Shown here: positions 1 through 7,898 of the stretch, one piece after another
Numbering within the stretch: the first letter of the stretch is position 1
Layout: every line of letters starts with the position of its first letter
IMG/VR virus record: IMGVR_UViG_3300020043_004612
Span: 1-26,501 of that record
Direction: 5' to 3' (one strand)
From: a virus
Taxonomy: Duplodnaviria > Caudoviricetes
Length of the DNA stretch: 26,501 bases
Position numbers and translations under genes: made by a program
Notes under the pieces: model-generated
What the model saw: only the letters and a program-made list of their open reading frames with translations
Told to the model about the DNA's origin: nothing
Databases searched by the model: none

Positions 1-2
1 CA

Positions 3-353
3 GAAGGAATTGTTGTTGTTGTTGAGGGTGGTCTTGTGACCGAATTGAAACCAATGGAAGAAGAAGCTCCAGAGGTTGAAGTAGTAATCGAAGAAGAACA
101 AACTTCTGAGGTTGTTGCTGAAGAAACACTAAGCAAAGAGGTTGAGGGACTTCTTTCGTTAGTTGCTAAGTTGGAAAGCGAACTTTCTGAAATGAAGAAA
201 GCAAACGCAGAACTTTCAAGCGAAGTAACAAAATTAAGCGCGCAGCCTGCAGCGTCTTCAATCAAAGAAGTAAAACAGGCAAAACAAACACCTTCTAAGC
301 CATACGCTAAAATGTCGGCAGAAGAACGTTTCTTATTTAACCTTAAAAAATAA
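3..353 (+). CDS. Capsid scaffolding-like protein, 5'-truncated by the window edge
   Basis: Frame is open from position 3 (EGIVVVVEGGLVTELKP...). Acidic coiled-coil sequence directly upstream of the major capsid gene. Confidence 0.65.
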   Translation, partial: EGIVVVVEGGLVTELKPMEEEAPEVEVVIEEEQTSEVVAEETLSKEVEGLLSLVAKLESELSEMKKANAELSSEVTKLSAQPAASSIKEVKQAKQTPSKPYAKMSAEERFLFNLKK

Positions 354-373
354 AAAATAATACAATTTAAAAA

Positions 374-1276
374 ATGGCTACTACCACTTCATTAACTACG
401 ACCTACGCAGGTCGCGAAGCTGCAGGATATATCCGCGCAGCGTTCTTAAGTAACGAGTCTTTGAACGCAGTTACTTTCAAAGAAAATATCGAGTACAAAC
501 AAGTTGTTCGCAAATTAGTTGACAACGTTACTTTCGCAAACGCGACTTGTGACTTCACACCAACAGGAACAGTTACTCTTACAGAGCGTATCTTGACTTT
601 GGAAAAATTCCAAATCCACAGATCTTTGTGCAAAAAAGATTTTTTAGCGGATTGGGAGAGCAAAGCAGAACAAGATGGTTTCTTGCACGCTTCTTTGACA
701 GACGCTTTAATTGCTAACGTTATGGCAGGAATGGCTGCTGAAAACGAGCGCATCATGTGGCAAGGTGTTAACGCAACTGCAGGTGAGTACGCAGGTTTCG
801 AAACTTTGTTCTTGAACGACGGAGATGTTATCGATGTTGGAACTCCAGAGGCTATCACTTCTGCAAACGTTATCGAAGAAATGAACCGTCTTGTATTGGC
901 ACTTCCTGTACGCGTTCGTCGTGCTACTGAAAAGCCTGTAATCGCGGTTTCTTCTAACGTTGCTGAAGCGTTCAGAACTGCTATCTTAGGTCTTGGCGGT
1001 GGTTCTTACTTGTATCAAGGAGAAACTGTTAAGATGACTTGGCAGGGTCAATACGACATCATCGAGTGTCCTGGTATGTCTGACGACACAATGGCTATGT
1101 TCCAAAAGTCAAACCTTTGGTTCGGAACTAACTTGAAAGACCAATGGAACAACGTTGCAGTTTTGGACATGTACCAATACGATCTTTCTGACAACGTTCG
1201 TTTTGCTTGTTCATTCTTCGCAGGTGTACAATACGGCTTCGGAAACGAAATCGCGTTCTACCAATACACTGCCTAA
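374..1276 (+). CDS. Major capsid protein
   Basis: 300 aa, follows the scaffold, strongly biased codon use. N-terminal TTYAGREAAGYIRAA and C-terminal NVRF..F.AGVQYG resemble Bacteroidota phage capsid proteins. Confidence 0.85.
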   Translation: MATTTSLTTTYAGREAAGYIRAAFLSNESLNAVTFKENIEYKQVVRKLVDNVTFANATCDFTPTGTVTLTERILTLEKFQIHRSLCKKDFLADWESKAEQDGFLHASLTDALIANVMAGMAAENERIMWQGVNATAGEYAGFETLFLNDGDVIDVGTPEAITSANVIEEMNRLVLALPVRVRRATEKPVIAVSSNVAEAFRTAILGLGGGSYLYQGETVKMTWQGQYDIIECPGMSDDTMAMFQKSNLWFGTNLKDQWNNVAVLDMYQYDLSDNVRFACSFFAGVQYGFGNEIAFYQYTA

Positions 1277-1293
1277 TTAACTAACCAACCCTT

Positions 1294-1336
1294 GCACGAT
1301 AGAGGTAGCGGCTTAAACACCGCTCCTCTTTTGTGC
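1294..1336 (+). terminator. Long imperfect hairpin after the capsid gene (terminator, processing or stability element)
   Basis: GCACGA-TAGAGG-T-AGCGG / CCGCT-CCTCT-T-TTGTGC inverted repeat; no clean 3' U-tract. Confidence 0.55.
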
Positions 1337-1354
1337 TAATAAAATAATAATAAT

Positions 1355-1867
1355 ATGGCTTGTGAATTAAGTACAGGATTTACACTCGATTGCAAAGATG
1401 GCATCGGTGGTATTAAGCAAATAATTTTAGCTGACCAAACTCTTGTTGAGTTTTCACTTGATGCAAATCAAGTTGTGACTGAAATTTCTGGAATAACAAG
1501 TGGCGATTTGTACACATACGAATTACCAACACAAACAGGTTCTTTCGAAGAAACAATCAATTTCAACCGCGACAACGGAACGGTATTCTACACGCAGACG
1601 GTAAATGTAATGTTGCACAAATTATCAAGCGCAAAGCGTTTAGAATTGCAAACAGTTGCACAAGCTCGCGTTATTGTATTTGTTCAAGACACTAACAATA
1701 ATTGGTGGGCAGTTGGATATGAGAACGGTGCAGACCTTTCTACTTCAACAGCGGGAACAGGAACAGCTTTAGGTGATATGAATGGCTACACTTTAGCGTT
1801 CACTCACGAGGCTGCAAAACGTGCATATCTTTTGGACGGAGCTCCAAATAGTATTCTTGCAGTTTAA
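1355..1867 (+). CDS. Putative major tail tube protein
   Basis: 170 aa, beta-rich, MAC.L..G..LDCKD..GG start and GT..GD.NGYTL motif typical of the structural protein after the capsid gene in this phage group. Confidence 0.6.
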   Translation: MACELSTGFTLDCKDGIGGIKQIILADQTLVEFSLDANQVVTEISGITSGDLYTYELPTQTGSFEETINFNRDNGTVFYTQTVNVMLHKLSSAKRLELQTVAQARVIVFVQDTNNNWWAVGYENGADLSTSTAGTGTALGDMNGYTLAFTHEAAKRAYLLDGAPNSILAV

Positions 1868-1878
1868 TAAAAAAACTT

Positions 1879-1916
1879 TTACACATAGAGGAGCAACGCG
1901 CTCCTCTGTGCTGTAA
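1879..1916 (+). terminator. Hairpin or likely intrinsic terminator after the tail tube gene
   Basis: CATAGAGGAGC-aacgc-GCTCCTCTGTG stem with outer TTACA/TGTAA pairing, followed by TTTT. Confidence 0.6.
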
Positions 1917-1939
1917 TTTTATCGTAAAGGAAAAAGGGA

Positions 1940-2323
1940 ATGGTTTACCTCAATACAAACACAGCGAATCAGTACGCGTGGCTTTCACTCGATGAAGGTC
2001 GCCAGTATTTCAACGTTGCCTTTACGCATTACTTGCTTGTTATGACTTACGAAATGACAGGTGAAAAACTCGAACAAGTAGTTGTCGTAATAAACGAGAA
2101 CGAACGTGTCACAAAAATAAGACTTACCACAGTTGGATTGCTCGATGCAGGTCGTTATCACTACGAAGTGTATGGTCAAAACAGCTCAACGAATACAAAC
2201 CCTACCGACGCTTCCGTTGTTGGTAAGGTTGAAGAAGGTTTAATGATTTTATCAAACGGAACAAATTACTTTGACGTTTCAACACCTACCATACCGGTAG
2301 ATGTAATTTATACAGGCTATTAA
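1940..2323 (+). CDS. Putative virion structural protein (head closure-like)
   Basis: 127 aa with G.Y.YEVYGQ.S.TN..P and VE.G motif; lies between tube and portal genes. Confidence 0.5.
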   Translation: MVYLNTNTANQYAWLSLDEGRQYFNVAFTHYLLVMTYEMTGEKLEQVVVVINENERVTKIRLTTVGLLDAGRYHYEVYGQNSSTNTNPTDASVVGKVEEGLMILSNGTNYFDVSTPTIPVDVIYTGY

Positions 2324-2324
2324 A

Positions 2325-4007
2325 ATGAGTAACATACAAGAAATTTTACTTTCAAGATACGAGCCTGTTGAGGCGATTGAAAAAGAAAATAGAAGCGGTT
2401 GGATTGACTATGGAAATAACAACTTGTTTCCTCAACACTTAATCAATTTATACCACAATTCACCAATTCATAACGCGTTGACGAACTCAATCGCGTTTAT
2501 GATTGAAGGACAAGGGACAGGAACAATCCTCGACAACGCATTACAAGGAATTGCCTTCGACTTAAAGTTACAAGGCGCATTTGTTGCCGAAGTTATTTGG
2601 TCAATGGATTTCACTCGCGTTGTACAAATCAACCACTTGCCTTTTGAGAATTGTCGTTTGGCTTACGATCGTGACGAAGACGATATAACAGGTATTTGGT
2701 ATTCTAAAGATTGGGCGAATACAAGAAGTAAGAAAGGAAAGCCAGAGTTCATTCCTGCGTTTAATCCTTCCATTGCACAAGAACAACCAAGACAAGTTAT
2801 TTACGCGCACGGAATGAGCGCAGGAAGTGTTTACTATCCAAAGCCCGACTACTTCGGTGCGTTGAATTACATCGAGTTGTCTTATCAAATGGGATTGTAC
2901 CACGTCAATAATATCTTGAATGGTCTTTTCCCTTCGTTTATCATTAACTTCTTGAATGGAATACCACAGAAAGAAGAACGTGAGGCTATCCGTCGTGAAT
3001 GGGAAACGAGATTGAGCGGTGCAAATAACGCTGGTAAATTCTTGATGACGTTCAACGAAGATCCAACACGCGCACCTTCAATTGAAGCGTTTCCTTTGTC
3101 GGATGCTGACAAGCAATATCAGTTCTTATCAGAAGAAACAGCGAAGCAAATTATGGTTGGACACCGCGTTGTTTCACCTTTGATTCACGGCATACGCGAC
3201 ACAACAGGATTTGGTTCGAACAAAGACGAAATGTTGGTAGGTTTGGAGATATTCAACAACCAAGTTATTAAGCCTTATCAAAGAATCATTGAAAGAGTTT
3301 TCACTCCAATTTTAGGTGAAGTAAACATCGAAATGAATTCACCTTTTGACGCTGAAGTTGTAGTTGTTGAACCAACGGTGCAAACTGCTGAATTAAAAAA
3401 AAAAGTTGTAACTGCTGAGAACGACTTTTCAGATGAGCAAGGTCGTGTTTGGATTCAAACGCTAAAAGAAAAAGCTGAAATAGTTGATTTGAACGAATGG
3501 GAATTGTTGAGTGAAGAAGATGTAACAGATCCACACAACGAAGCAAATTTCCGTCAAGAATATATGAGCGTTCGCAGTTATGCAAATGCCGACGACAAAT
3601 CTATTTGGGGAGATACAGGTCTTTACAAATTACGTTATGCTTACTCTCAAAATTTAAGCGAAAATAGTCGTGAGTTTTGTCAAGAAATGGTTGGACTATC
3701 AAAGGCAGGTTTGTCTTTCAGATATGAAGACATTCAAGAGATGAGCGACGCAGGAGTGAACGGTGAATTTGCTCCAGAAGGAAGTTCTTCTTACAATATA
3801 TTTATTTGGAAAGGCGGTTGTTTTTGCCACCACTTTTGGAAGCGTCAAATTTACATTAGAAAGAGAGATGCAAAAGGACGTGTACTTCCAAACAAAGGAC
3901 TTGAAAACGATAAGCGTGTAGGTAACAACCCATACGTTAAGCCAAAAGGCGAAGAAGGCATTGCGCCAATTAACACACCAACACGCGGTTCACTTAAATA
4001 CTCATAA
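2325..4007 (+). CDS. Portal protein with in-frame C-terminal MuF/minor-head-like domain
   Basis: N-terminal ~340 aa has portal-like motifs (WIDYG.NNLFPQ.L..LY.NSP.H, YYP.PDY, G..NAGK, I..GHRV.SP, VIKPYQ..I). C-terminal ~200 aa has SREFC and KGGCFCHHFW Cys/His motifs. Confidence 0.85.
   Translation: MSNIQEILLSRYEPVEAIEKENRSGWIDYGNNNLFPQHLINLYHNSPIHNALTNSIAFMIEGQGTGTILDNALQGIAFDLKLQGAFVAEVIWSMDFTRVVQINHLPFENCRLAYDRDEDDITGIWYSKDWANTRSKKGKPEFIPAFNPSIAQEQPRQVIYAHGMSAGSVYYPKPDYFGALNYIELSYQMGLYHVNNILNGLFPSFIINFLNGIPQKEEREAIRREWETRLSGANNAGKFLMTFNEDPTRAPSIEAFPLSDADKQYQFLSEETAKQIMVGHRVVSPLIHGIRDTTGFGSNKDEMLVGLEIFNNQVIKPYQRIIERVFTPILGEVNIEMNSPFDAEVVVVEPTVQTAELKKKVVTAENDFSDEQGRVWIQTLKEKAEIVDLNEWELLSEEDVTDPHNEANFRQEYMSVRSYANADDKSIWGDTGLYKLRYAYSQNLSENSREFCQEMVGLSKAGLSFRYEDIQEMSDAGVNGEFAPEGSSSYNIFIWKGGCFCHHFWKRQIYIRKRDAKGRVLPNKGLENDKRVGNNPYVKPKGEEGIAPINTPTRGSLKYS
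3395..3404 (+). other. A10 slippery homopolymer at the portal/MuF-like domain boundary
   Basis: TTA AAA AAA AAA GTT; both alternative frames stop within 5 codons (TGA 3416-3418, TAA 3409-3411). Confidence 0.55.
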
Positions 4008-4012
4008 AAATT

Positions 4013-4585
4013 ATGGCACTATCACCCGAAGTTCTACTCATTGACGAGAATTACATAAAGAAATACACTTGGATTAACGGTTCTGTTGATCCGCTTTTAA
4101 TGTATCCTGCAATCTATTTGTCACAAGACAAGTACGCACAATTGTATTTAGGAACTGACTTGTATAACAAGATAAAAGAAGACGTTGTAAACGACGACAT
4201 TGCAGGAGCATACGAAACGCTTCTTGACAATTATTTGCGTCGAATGGTTATGTGGTGGACGATGTACGAAGTGTTGCCTCATTTGTACGTTAAGACTGAC
4301 AACGGAAGTTTAGTAATTAGAACAAGCGAAGACACTCAACCTATTTCACAAACAGACTTACAAAACTATCGCGATCAAGCGCGTTCGCAAGCTATGTTTT
4401 ACACTCAACGCATGGTTGATTATTTGTGTCACAACAGCTCTGACTTTCCAGAATACACGACGAACACAACAAATCAAATTTGGTCTCAAACAAATGTATA
4501 TCCTTCGAACGCTTTTGAAATTTCAATGGGTCGCGACGGACATCCTTATGAATACAGAAGGCCTGGACTTGGTTGGTTAAAATAA
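4013..4585 (+). CDS. Putative head-tail adaptor/connector protein
   Basis: 190 aa helical protein after the portal; QD.Y....LGT.LY.KI and R..DYLC.N...FPEY motifs. Confidence 0.6.
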   Translation: MALSPEVLLIDENYIKKYTWINGSVDPLLMYPAIYLSQDKYAQLYLGTDLYNKIKEDVVNDDIAGAYETLLDNYLRRMVMWWTMYEVLPHLYVKTDNGSLVIRTSEDTQPISQTDLQNYRDQARSQAMFYTQRMVDYLCHNSSDFPEYTTNTTNQIWSQTNVYPSNAFEISMGRDGHPYEYRRPGLGWLK

Positions 4586-4592
4586 AAAATGA

Positions 4593-4709
4593 ATGGCAAA
4601 AAAGGGACGGAAAAAAGACTTAACGATGCAGAAGATCTACGAAGAAAAATTTCGTAAGTATCTCGCGAAGAAAGAAAAACAAATAAAGAAACTATCGAAT
4701 GAAAGTTAA
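4593..4709 (+). CDS. Small basic protein, 38 aa (not in the ORF track)
   Basis: MAKKGRKKDLTMQKIYEEKFRKYLAKKEKQIKKLSNES; fills the gap and overlaps the lysozyme start. Confidence 0.6.
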   Translation: MAKKGRKKDLTMQKIYEEKFRKYLAKKEKQIKKLSNES

Positions 4710-5142
4710 CGCTGAAGGATACGCGCTAATTAAGCGTTTTGAAGGTTGTCGATTGAAGGCTTACAAATGCCCTGCAAACGTGTGGACGATTGGATATGGA
4801 AACACTTTCTACGAAGACGGGATGAAGGTCAAAGAAGGCGACGTGATAACTCAACAACGTGCTGAGGAATTAGCAAAGTTTATCATTGACCAATTCGCTG
4901 TAACCATTGCGCCATTCATCAAACAACCTTTGAACGACAATCAATTTAGTGCGTGTGTTTCACTTGCGTACAACATCGGACAAGGTGGTTTCAAAAAGTC
5001 TTCTGTCTTCAAAAAGTTAAACATCAACCCTAACGATCCAACGATAGCAGATTCTTTTCGTTTGTGGAACAAGGGCGGTGGAAAGGTTCTTGCAGGTTTG
5101 GTAAAACGTAGAGAAGCAGAAATTCAACTTTACTTCAAATGA
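4699..5142 (+). CDS. Endolysin, GH24 phage lysozyme
   Basis: IKRFEG.RL.AYKCPA.VWTIGYG (E-8aa-C-5aa-T triad), QFSA.VS.AYNIG, L.GLV.RREAE..L. Confidence 0.95.
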   Translation: MKVNAEGYALIKRFEGCRLKAYKCPANVWTIGYGNTFYEDGMKVKEGDVITQQRAEELAKFIIDQFAVTIAPFIKQPLNDNQFSACVSLAYNIGQGGFKKSSVFKKLNINPNDPTIADSFRLWNKGGGKVLAGLVKRREAEIQLYFK

Positions 5143-5387
5143 ACACAGAAACTGAAATTGCCTTGATACACGAACAATTGCAAGAAATGGACAAGAAGAT
5201 TGACCGCATATACAACGTGTTAATCGGTGACGACCAAATGAAGATTGAAGGTCTTGTGAGCAAGGTTCAGAAGCACGACAAGTATATTCAGAACCAAAGG
5301 TTGCAGGTTGCTCGTTTGGGTGGTATTGCAACTGCTGCTGGTGTTGTTGGTGGTTTAATCGTTCAATTCATATTGAAACTTATATGA
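5139..5387 (+). CDS. Holin-like membrane protein (coiled coil plus C-terminal TM helix)
   Basis: 82 aa, hydrophobic C-terminus, ATGA-coupled to the lysozyme gene. Confidence 0.55.
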   Translation: MNTETEIALIHEQLQEMDKKIDRIYNVLIGDDQMKIEGLVSKVQKHDKYIQNQRLQVARLGGIATAAGVVGGLIVQFILKLI

Positions 5388-5650
5388 AAGAATGGTTGAA
5401 ATCTTTGTTAACATCGTGTTCAAAAGTTAGTTCGAAAAGAATTGTTGCTATATTTGTTACAATTAACTTAATCGTTTTGAGTTACGTTGCAACATTTTCT
5501 TACTACGTTTGTCCTATTGCGATGTTTGATACACTCGCTTTGCTCACAGGTGGTTTGTTTGGTGGAACAGTAATTGAACGATTCACAAAACAAAAATCAA
5601 ATGGCACGACCACAGACAGAAGCGCGCAAGATAGCAGCGGAGATTTGTAG
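5384..5650 (+). CDS. Putative holin (2 TM)
   Basis: SSKR followed by two hydrophobic segments and a charged tail; lysis cassette position. Confidence 0.65.
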   Translation: MKEWLKSLLTSCSKVSSKRIVAIFVTINLIVLSYVATFSYYVCPIAMFDTLALLTGGLFGGTVIERFTKQKSNGTTTDRSAQDSSGDL

Positions 5651-6602
5651 TAAATTTCCCGACGCTCCTTCTCATTCTTTAGCAACAAAACTATTCGCTG
5701 AATATCCAGAAGCATTTGATTCACAAGAATCTGCACGCAATTACGTTCGTCTTGTTCGTGGTAAGATTGGAAAGCGTAGCCGAGCATCTAACACACAAAA
5801 AGAATTAATTGACACAGCACCACGACCTTCCAACCCTTACGCACTTCCAAAGTCGTATTCAAAGAAACGTCGTCACGTTGAATTGAAGGGAAACAAGTTC
5901 TTAATCCTATCAGATATTCACTTGCCTTACCAAGACAACGAAGCGTTAGAGTGCGCTATTGAAGAAGGGTTGAAACAAGGCTGTGACGCAATCATTTTAA
6001 ATGGTGACGCTCTCGATTGTCATATGATTTCCGACTTCGTTAAAGATCCACGCAAGAGAAAATTCAAAGACGAACTATATTCTATTCGTCAATTCCTTGC
6101 GTCGTTAAGACACACTTTTCCAACGGCAAACATTTACTACAAAGAAGGCAACCACGAAGAACGTTACTGGCGTTATATGCGCATAAAAGCGCCCGAACTA
6201 TTCGACATTGACGCATTTGATTTTCCAACACTAACCCATTGCGATAAACACGACGTGAAATGGATTGATGGAAAGAGCAAGTTAAACATTGGTAAGTTGT
6301 CTATATTTCACGGACACGAATTTGGGAAACAATTCCTTCCGTCGGTTAACGTAGCGCGTGGGTTGTTTATGAAGACAAAGGTGAGCGCATTGTGTGGACA
6401 CCATCACCAGACAGCTGAACACAATGAGAGAGACGCTAACGGAAAGTTCATAACCTGTTGGGGTGTTGGTTGCTTATCTGAATTATCTCCCGATTATAAC
6501 CCTTATTCAAAGTACAATCACGGATTTGCAATAGTTGATAAAGGAAACAACGGAGCGTTCAGCGTTCACAATTACCGCATACACGAAGGGAAAATCTTAT
6601 GA
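5601..6602 (+). CDS. Calcineurin-like metallophosphoesterase with N-terminal helical/basic domain
   Basis: Motifs SDIH, NGDALD, EGNHEER, FHGHE, CGHHH. ATG 5601 with A-rich leader preferred over 5574. Confidence 0.9.
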   Translation: MARPQTEARKIAAEICSKFPDAPSHSLATKLFAEYPEAFDSQESARNYVRLVRGKIGKRSRASNTQKELIDTAPRPSNPYALPKSYSKKRRHVELKGNKFLILSDIHLPYQDNEALECAIEEGLKQGCDAIILNGDALDCHMISDFVKDPRKRKFKDELYSIRQFLASLRHTFPTANIYYKEGNHEERYWRYMRIKAPELFDIDAFDFPTLTHCDKHDVKWIDGKSKLNIGKLSIFHGHEFGKQFLPSVNVARGLFMKTKVSALCGHHHQTAEHNERDANGKFITCWGVGCLSELSPDYNPYSKYNHGFAIVDKGNNGAFSVHNYRIHEGKIL

Positions 6603-7174
6603 GAAAGAATTTATTATTTGCAGTCTTGCTTGTTGTTGGAACGTCAATTATTTGGACGGTCATGTGTTGGAATTGGTGGGGACGAAGTGTTGCAAAAAAC
6701 GCAACAACTGAAATTCAAAAACAAGATAGCGTGATAAACTACAACGCTGGTGAATATGACCGCTTACTTGCTGAACAAATAGAACTTTATAAACAATTAA
6801 GAACTTATGAAGACGCTCAATCTAAAGCCAAAACCACCTATCAAAGAACTCGTGATATTGCTCTTGTTCGAGATACTATTGTTCGCGTTGATGTTCTCCG
6901 TTTGGTGAACTCCTGTGACAGCGTAATTGCTTCCGATTCACTTGTAATTAACAACCTCAAAGAACAATTGAACATTGAATCTGAAAAGATTGACAACTTA
7001 CAAGAAACAATCGTTGCTTATGAACAGAAGGAAGACATCTTAACCGAAGAAATAAACACTCTAACTGCTGAAAAGAAAAAGTTAGACAAACAAAAAAAGC
7101 GCAGAAACCACGCTTTAATCTTTACTTCGTCTGTAGCTGCTCTTTCTACTTTTGTTCTGAGTGTTTTACTTTAG
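6599..7174 (+). CDS. Spanin-like protein (N-terminal TM, coiled coil, hydrophobic C-terminus)
   Basis: 191 aa at the end of the lysis cassette; topology inferred from hydrophobicity. Confidence 0.5.
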   Translation: MRKNLLFAVLLVVGTSIIWTVMCWNWWGRSVAKNATTEIQKQDSVINYNAGEYDRLLAEQIELYKQLRTYEDAQSKAKTTYQRTRDIALVRDTIVRVDVLRLVNSCDSVIASDSLVINNLKEQLNIESEKIDNLQETIVAYEQKEDILTEEINTLTAEKKKLDKQKKRRNHALIFTSSVAALSTFVLSVLL

Positions 7175-7322
7175 ATTCTGGAACGTAGAACTTCAAAGAG
7201 AACTCAATGGCTTCACTTAAGAAAGTGTTGCGACTATTCTCTCCACGTTTCTCGTCTATCTCGTTCCACAGGTCTTTGTGTAAGTAGACACATATTCCTT
7301 TTTTAGTTTTGCTTTCTGGCAT
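7146..7322 (-). CDS. Ribbon-helix-helix (CopG/Arc-like) DNA-binding protein
   Basis: KKGICVYLHKDLWNEIDEKRGENSRNTFLSEAI fits the RHH pattern. ATG 7322 preferred. 3' end overlaps the convergent spanin-like gene by 29 nt. Confidence 0.65.
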   Translation of the reverse strand: MPESKTKKGICVYLHKDLWNEIDEKRGENSRNTFLSEAIEFSLKFYVPESKVKHSEQK

Positions 7323-7506
7323 CTTCTTCAATTTTAAGTTTCTTCAAATACAACGCAAGGTCTAAGGCTTCTTCGTACGCGTGTTGTAGCCATTCTGAGC
7401 GCGTTAAATCAGTTCGGTCGAGTGTTGTTCCATAGGTGTCAATTCCCTTCGCTTCACGCGCTTCTAATTCAGCGATGACCTGCGTGAGTAAATTACTTTT
7501 CTGCAT
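7303..7506 (-). CDS. Small phage protein, probably all-alpha NTP pyrophosphohydrolase (MazG-like) fold
   Basis: R..KG..TYGTTLDR.DL...WL.HA.EEALD.ALYL motif with clustered acidic residues. Confidence 0.55.
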   Translation of the reverse strand: MQKSNLLTQVIAELEAREAKGIDTYGTTLDRTDLTRSEWLQHAYEEALDLALYLKKLKIEEDARKQN

Positions 7507-7705
7507 CTGGCTTTGACATCATTGAACCTATCATTAACGCTAAGTAGATTTTCTCTTTTGCGTTCAAGTCTTTTCGTTGTGAAAGTTCCAGAAGGATATC
7601 TCCAAGAATCTTCCCCTGTTGAAAGTAGTTCGCGAGTGAATTAACGATTTCTCGTTCGCGCTCGTAAGTCATTTTTAAAGACTCGTATAGTGGTGTGTTT
7701 TTCAT
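7493..7705 (-). CDS. Hypothetical protein
   Basis: 70 aa ORF overlapping its neighbours in the operon. Confidence 0.65.
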   Translation of the reverse strand: MKNTPLYESLKMTYEREREIVNSLANYFQQGKILGDILLELSQRKDLNAKEKIYLALMIGSMMSKPDAEK

Positions 7706-7875
7706 TCTTGTTTGTTTTCTATTTCTCGTTTTATTTTATGAGAAAATTCAATAATTTCACCTGTTTCAATATTTTCCATTTCAACAACGCATACAATTGA
7801 AATTGATTCGATTAAAGTTGCCTTTAATAAAGGTAATTCAGATTCATCATCTATTTGAATTTTTTCTTTTTTCAT
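7702..7875 (-). CDS. Hypothetical acidic protein, 57 aa (not in the ORF track)
   Basis: MKKEKIQIDDESELPLLKATLIESISIVCVVEMENIETGEIIEFSHKIKREIENKQE; ATGA overlap with the next gene; AT-rich. Confidence 0.6.
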   Translation of the reverse strand: MKKEKIQIDDESELPLLKATLIESISIVCVVEMENIETGEIIEFSHKIKREIENKQE

Positions 7876-7898
7876 TGTGCTAATATAGTCAACCTATG

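Noticed and set aside
342-376. Possible scaffold-capsid fusion by -1 frameshift at CTT AAA AAA TAA
   Set aside because: The -1 frame hits TAA at 368-370 before the capsid ATG.
403-858. Antisense ORFs over structural and replication genes (e.g. 403-858, 8278-8580, 18351-18827, 19632-20033, 20520-21098)
   Set aside because: They are shadows of strongly coding opposite-strand genes, with no motifs or leaders of their own.
7093-7099. In-frame A AAA AAG slippery heptamer in the spanin-like gene
   Set aside because: Lys-Lys codons are common in this AT-rich genome, no stimulatory structure is evident, and the -1 product is short and constrained by the antisense RHH gene.
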